Positions 50,597-54,587 of a stretch of DNA of 54,587 bases are shown here, piece by piece. This DNA comes from an uncultured Desulfovibrionales bacterium (GTDB lineage: Bacteria > Desulfobacterota > QYQD01). Both the position numbers and the translations under genes were made by a program. Location of the stretch: the NCBI GenBank assembly GCA_964435205.1, contig CAYSYZ010000001.1, forward strand, positions 1 through 54,587, written 5' to 3'. The notes under the pieces are model-generated. The model had not been told where the DNA came from, made no database searches, and saw nothing but the letters and a program-made list of their open reading frames with translations. The number at the start of each line of letters is the position of its first letter. Positions within the stretch are counted from its first letter, which is position 1.

Positions 50597-52234
50597 ATGA
50601 TGCCTAATTTTCCCAGGACCTGCGTGACGCCCTCGGGTGAATTTAGCTATGGGATTCACAAGCCAGAGTATACCGCCTTTAATCTGCGGGAAAACGATTA
50701 TATCGTAACCATTGGACATTCCTCTAAAAAGGCAGCTGTTGATAATCGAGATAACTTCCCCCCCGGCAATGTGCATGTTACTGGTTCATCCTGGGTCTTT
50801 GAAATCCCCAATGCCTTTCCTTTCATGGGAGCCACCTTCATTCTGAAACCGTATGCCGACCAGATGGTGGCAACCGGTAACCCCCTTAAGCGTGATCCTT
50901 CCGGTCATGCCTTGACGAAGCGAACTGATATAGATATCCCGACACTTAAAAACCTGCCGCATCCGGCACTTATTGCCTTAGCCAAAACATCCACTGATCC
51001 CCAGGTCCTCGCCCAGTTGGCGAAACTATCTTGTGCACTTGAGTATGACCCAGAAACTGAAAACCCTTTAGGCATTAGCTACGAGCAGACCGAACAAGGC
51101 AAATTACGCCCGGCAATTATAGATTGGCATCTTTTTGATGTCGTGTCTAATAATCCTTTTCTTCCGGACACTTACAAACGACATATGGTCTTAACCCCGG
51201 GTGTACAGGGCAAAAGCCCGATTGTGGGGGAATACGTGCAAGCCGGCACACACATTTGGGAATACCTCCGGGAAAACAGCTACGTCCCTTGGGGGCATTA
51301 CGCAGCAAATATGGCTCACGATGCTATCCGCTATGAAATTACGTCCCTTACAGACCAAGACGTTACTGGGCTCCGCCACTTATATTACCAAAGGGTCTAC
51401 GTCCAGCTGGCCGCCAAATTGGGGCTTGCGGTACCGGCGGAAAGGCGATCCCTGTCCACGGATGAGTTGGAAGACTTGCGGCTACGCCTACTCCATAAGA
51501 TAGAGGAACTGGTCGGACGCGGCGGCCGCCTACTACTGAACGCCACTATCTGGGGCCAAAATTTTGGCTTTGACCTTTCTCCTTCCGGATACCGCCTTAA
51601 TGCCTCACACCAACAGATACACCAACAGTTCGCCCTCGTACCCTGTTGCATCCCCGGCTTTACAGAGGGAAAAAACGAATTGATTCAGTCTACCATGAAT
51701 ACATATGTACAAGGAGACCTGGTAGCCCAATTCTGCCAGGAGTATAAAGCGAAAACCCATCGAAATTTCTTTAAAACATATCTTGATGCCATTCAAAACA
51801 ACAAAAGGATGGATGGTCGCTCAGACAAAGAAAGCGGATTGATCTTCTATCAGGATGAGAACGTGATGGCCTTTGTACCTAAGGCCCAGCGTGCGCAAGG
51901 AGAAGTCCAGGTCATAACAAAAGGAAAATACGGAAACATCATCGAGACAGATACACAGGTCCGCAAATCTCTTGATCGCACCATTTTAGTCACTATGAAA
52001 GTGCTGGAGAATCTCGGAGCAGAAATGATTACAGCCTACGAGATATCTAAGAGACTTGACAACCCAGACCACGACCAGCGCCTCATCTATTGTTTCCTTC
52101 CTAAACATCCGGAATCTCCCGGCGGGTTCAGCGAGGGTCTACAGCGCTGGATCATCGGTCATTATCCGGAAGACTTCGCCCGGGTCTGTCGGGATGCAGT
52201 GCAAGAGATCATACAGAAGGAGTGCAAAGCCTGA
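50597..52234 (+). CDS. Hypothetical 545-aa protein; the C-terminal third has GalT/HIT-branch-like signatures
   Basis: ATG-ATG at 50597 with GGAAG 4 nt upstream. NASHQQIHQQFALVP (51605-51631) and IFYQDENVMAFVPKAQRAQGEVQVITK (51842-51922) resemble the HxHxQ loop and following half-barrel strand of galactose-1-P uridylyltransferase-type enzymes. The N-terminal two thirds are unrecognised. Confidence 0.4.
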   Translation: MMPNFPRTCVTPSGEFSYGIHKPEYTAFNLRENDYIVTIGHSSKKAAVDNRDNFPPGNVHVTGSSWVFEIPNAFPFMGATFILKPYADQMVATGNPLKRDPSGHALTKRTDIDIPTLKNLPHPALIALAKTSTDPQVLAQLAKLSCALEYDPETENPLGISYEQTEQGKLRPAIIDWHLFDVVSNNPFLPDTYKRHMVLTPGVQGKSPIVGEYVQAGTHIWEYLRENSYVPWGHYAANMAHDAIRYEITSLTDQDVTGLRHLYYQRVYVQLAAKLGLAVPAERRSLSTDELEDLRLRLLHKIEELVGRGGRLLLNATIWGQNFGFDLSPSGYRLNASHQQIHQQFALVPCCIPGFTEGKNELIQSTMNTYVQGDLVAQFCQEYKAKTHRNFFKTYLDAIQNNKRMDGRSDKESGLIFYQDENVMAFVPKAQRAQGEVQVITKGKYGNIIETDTQVRKSLDRTILVTMKVLENLGAEMITAYEISKRLDNPDHDQRLIYCFLPKHPESPGGFSEGLQRWIIGHYPEDFARVCRDAVQEIIQKECKA

Positions 52235-52255
52235 AAGCATCTCGCCGGTAGTCTT

Positions 52256-52933
52256 ATGGGTAATTTTTTCCTGGCAGCACGATGGATAGGCGAGGCGTTG
52301 CAGCGATATCGGGAGCGCCCACCTTCGGCTACCATCAAGGGAAAACCGATTGTCTATTCCGAACAGGAATACACTGCAGCCCTTCTACACATTTACGTTA
52401 GCCCGGGCAAGAACCTGTCCAAAATAGCAGACCTGGCCCAAATTACCGTGGAACAGCTATCTACCCGGAGATCTCAGATAGATTTCATGACCCTCATTGA
52501 CTACCTGAAAACGAGGTTTACTGCCTGGTATAGAGAAATTCTAGTTATAGAAGATTTTTTCCCTGCCCAATACGGTGACATCTGTCGAGAGTTTTTGTTA
52601 TTGGATGGAATGGTTCAGACCCAGATAAGGGTTCCGCTGTGGACGCAGCTAAGGCAACTTGGCCTGTCTCTCGGAAATAAAATTGAAACTGGGTTACCCA
52701 TCGATCCGTACCAAATAGGAGTTTTTAAACGGCTTCTCTCCTTCTTCGCTTTCATAGAGATGCTCAGACCGAACGCCTCACAAAGGAAAATGCAGGAAAG
52801 TCTGATGCCGATTGCCAAAAGCCTTTTCAAAAAGGAATGGGAAACTTTTGAGAGACAGGCAAAGGAGATGCACTTGGGAGAGAACGTTACAAACCAACTA
52901 ACGCAAGATCTTAGAAAACGAATCGGGACCTAG
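52256..52933 (+). CDS. Hypothetical 225-aa helical protein, possible N-terminal HTH
   Basis: Starts 21 nt after the previous gene. KNLSKIADLAQITVEQLSTRR looks helix-turn-helix-like. No family recognised. Weak RBS. Confidence 0.35.
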   Translation: MGNFFLAARWIGEALQRYRERPPSATIKGKPIVYSEQEYTAALLHIYVSPGKNLSKIADLAQITVEQLSTRRSQIDFMTLIDYLKTRFTAWYREILVIEDFFPAQYGDICREFLLLDGMVQTQIRVPLWTQLRQLGLSLGNKIETGLPIDPYQIGVFKRLLSFFAFIEMLRPNASQRKMQESLMPIAKSLFKKEWETFERQAKEMHLGENVTNQLTQDLRKRIGT

Positions 52934-52972
52934 ACTATAATGTTCCCTCCGGTTAAGCCCGGTTTTACTTTT

Positions 52973-54547
52973 TTACTCAGTTTCTACTCTTTCCGCCTTT
53001 GAAAATTCCGTATACCGGTAAGGTAATGACTCCCGTATATTTTCCGGAATCCGGCCGTATTTCCCTTCGAATTCTTCCAGATATTGCTGACGCCCCTTAA
53101 AGAAATTTTTGAGTTTTTTCTCGAGCAACGTCTTGTCCTCAAATAACCGATAGGCGTTCATCAGATCCAGGTTGGCCCGATCACACTTTATCGGGAAATG
53201 ATAACCTAAGTGGTCCGGTTCAAAGCTGAAGCGAAGTTGCATACGAAGAAGGTCATTATAGGCAGCCAGTGATTGCCGCAAACTAACTTTTTGCTCGTGA
53301 GGGCCTATGGTTCCGGTATTGGACAGATAACATTTTATGCGATTTCGCCTGACAATGTCATAAAAAATCATGACATGCTCAAACCTATTACCAGCTATGA
53401 ACGGGTCCAGGAAAAAAACTCTTTTAAACTTTCCTGCCTCTTCCGGGTCGCCACCGGTGCTCTCAATCGACTCCCCATAAATGAATTGCATAGTGGCTTG
53501 TTCCGGTGTGAGCTTAGAAATAGCATTCACCAGCGGGTTCCGCGTCAGGATGATTATATAATCAATTTTGTCAGCCCTTAGAGTCTTGCTGGCTATTTCC
53601 AGGTTCTCCCGGGTAATAACCGCTCGTCCGTTACCCGTCTTGGAAATATCCTTGAAATCCGGCATGTATGGATATTTGCTGATGGCCACATTCTCTAGAA
53701 ATGCTTCTTTAGACTGAGCAGCACGCAATATTTCCGGCTGGCTTTCATCCAGGCCTTCTGTCTTGACATAAAGCCCGCCCATCTCAAACGCCGCATAACT
53801 GCCGTCAAAACCCACTGTACCCCCGTCATCCCCGATCATCTCCGAACCTTCCCGCGGCAACTTCCCGAATTTTCGGCACAGGGTTGTGGTCTTACCCGTA
53901 GCAGTTAGGCCGGAAACCGCAGTAACAACCTCTTTTAGTTCCGGTCTTTCGGTTTCCAGGTCATATATCCACAAAGAATCCCTCCTGGTGCCAGCATGGA
54001 GGAAGATCCCTACCTTATCAATAGACTTAGCCCGCCAGTTTTCAAACTGGAAAACTCCCTTTTTGCCTTCACCAAGGTACATGGTGTTTCTGCATATCTT
54101 GACCTGGTCTCCCCTCTTCTCACCCATGGCGAGGCGAACCGTAATATCCTTGTCTAGAAGTTTCCTGGATTTGTTGTATTCAAAGGCCTCATCAGTAAAG
54201 TAAACGATAGTGTAGGTTGGATCTTCAACTACCCTGGCTGAAGGATAGTCCAGAAGGAGCTTAAGCCCGTAGGCGAGTTGGGCATACTGTTCCGGGACTA
54301 TGAATCGGGCTGTAACTCCGTCTCGGCCGTCGCCAACGATGGTATCAAGGGAGATAACCTTATCCCTCCCCAATATCTCTGCGGCCTGCCGGGCCAGCGC
54401 CTCTTCGTCCTCACCAAACTGGTGGTCAACGCTATTCCGCGTATGGGGAGCAGACCTGGACATCGGTTCAGAATCTGCTGCCACCGAACCCATTTGTGTC
54501 TGTATAGCTCCCTCCTGCCTCATTGCCAGTTGCTTCAGTTCTTCCAA
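52973..54547 (-). CDS. Divergent phosphoenolpyruvate carboxykinase (ATP) family protein
   Basis: Aligns by eye to PckA blocks: YLGEGKKGVF (YGGEMKKG), FLHAGT (MHCSAN), SGLTATGKTT (GLSGTGKTT), MIGDDGG (LIGDDEH), FEMGGLYVK, QPEIL, FLENV, TGNGRAV (TENTRVS), YLSNTGT (YLVNTGW). The frame stays open upstream to the window edge (54587), so the true start is uncertain. Confidence 0.65.
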   Translation of the reverse strand: MEELKQLAMRQEGAIQTQMGSVAADSEPMSRSAPHTRNSVDHQFGEDEEALARQAAEILGRDKVISLDTIVGDGRDGVTARFIVPEQYAQLAYGLKLLLDYPSARVVEDPTYTIVYFTDEAFEYNKSRKLLDKDITVRLAMGEKRGDQVKICRNTMYLGEGKKGVFQFENWRAKSIDKVGIFLHAGTRRDSLWIYDLETERPELKEVVTAVSGLTATGKTTTLCRKFGKLPREGSEMIGDDGGTVGFDGSYAAFEMGGLYVKTEGLDESQPEILRAAQSKEAFLENVAISKYPYMPDFKDISKTGNGRAVITRENLEIASKTLRADKIDYIIILTRNPLVNAISKLTPEQATMQFIYGESIESTGGDPEEAGKFKRVFFLDPFIAGNRFEHVMIFYDIVRRNRIKCYLSNTGTIGPHEQKVSLRQSLAAYNDLLRMQLRFSFEPDHLGYHFPIKCDRANLDLMNAYRLFEDKTLLEKKLKNFFKGRQQYLEEFEGKYGRIPENIRESLPYRYTEFSKAERVETE

Positions 54548-54587
54548 AGAGCGTCCCTCTATCAGACGTCCCTCTTTCTTAGCCGTA

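Overview
This is a 54.6-kb, gene-dense chromosomal window with about 50 protein-coding genes. I could not recognise any rRNA, tRNA, CRISPR array, transposase/integrase or prophage gene. Gene content and order (ilvBNC-psd-pssA-leuA-leuCD-leuB-asd; rpsB-tsf-pyrH-frr-uppS-cdsA-dxr-rseP; selA; cstA; tat genes) resemble an anaerobic deltaproteobacterial-type (Thermodesulfobacteriota/Desulfuromonadota-like) chromosome that uses selenocysteine. That taxonomic guess comes from remembered synteny, not from a search. Thirty consecutive genes (5297-34542) lie on the minus strand, with many 4-16 nt overlaps and frequent GTG/TTG starts. Most of the window is ordinary core metabolism, translation and envelope biogenesis. 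I found no clear-cut novel defence or mobile system. The parts not explained by textbook functions are listed here in order of interest. (1) A two-gene unit at 50.6-52.9 kb: a 545-aa protein with GalT/HIT-like signatures plus a 225-aa helical protein, facing a divergent PEPCK-family gene. (2) selA apparently coupled to a 753-aa protein with two degenerate GGDEF-like modules and TPR repeats. This pair is flanked by a cNMP-binding/PilZ fusion and by a stand-alone GAF protein upstream of gap. (3) A roughly 150-nt structured inverted-repeat element at 43.0-43.2 kb that produces mirror-image TFYE shadow ORFs. (4) A monocluster ferredoxin with a Cys/His-rich tail. (5) A fused radical-SAM/DUF2344 gene overlapping RNase G. 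(6) A DUF465 mini-gene as first cistron of the ilv-leu block. All calls were made by eye from sequence motifs and the supplied ORF track. No database search or folding computation was run, so family assignments for the non-housekeeping genes are tentative.
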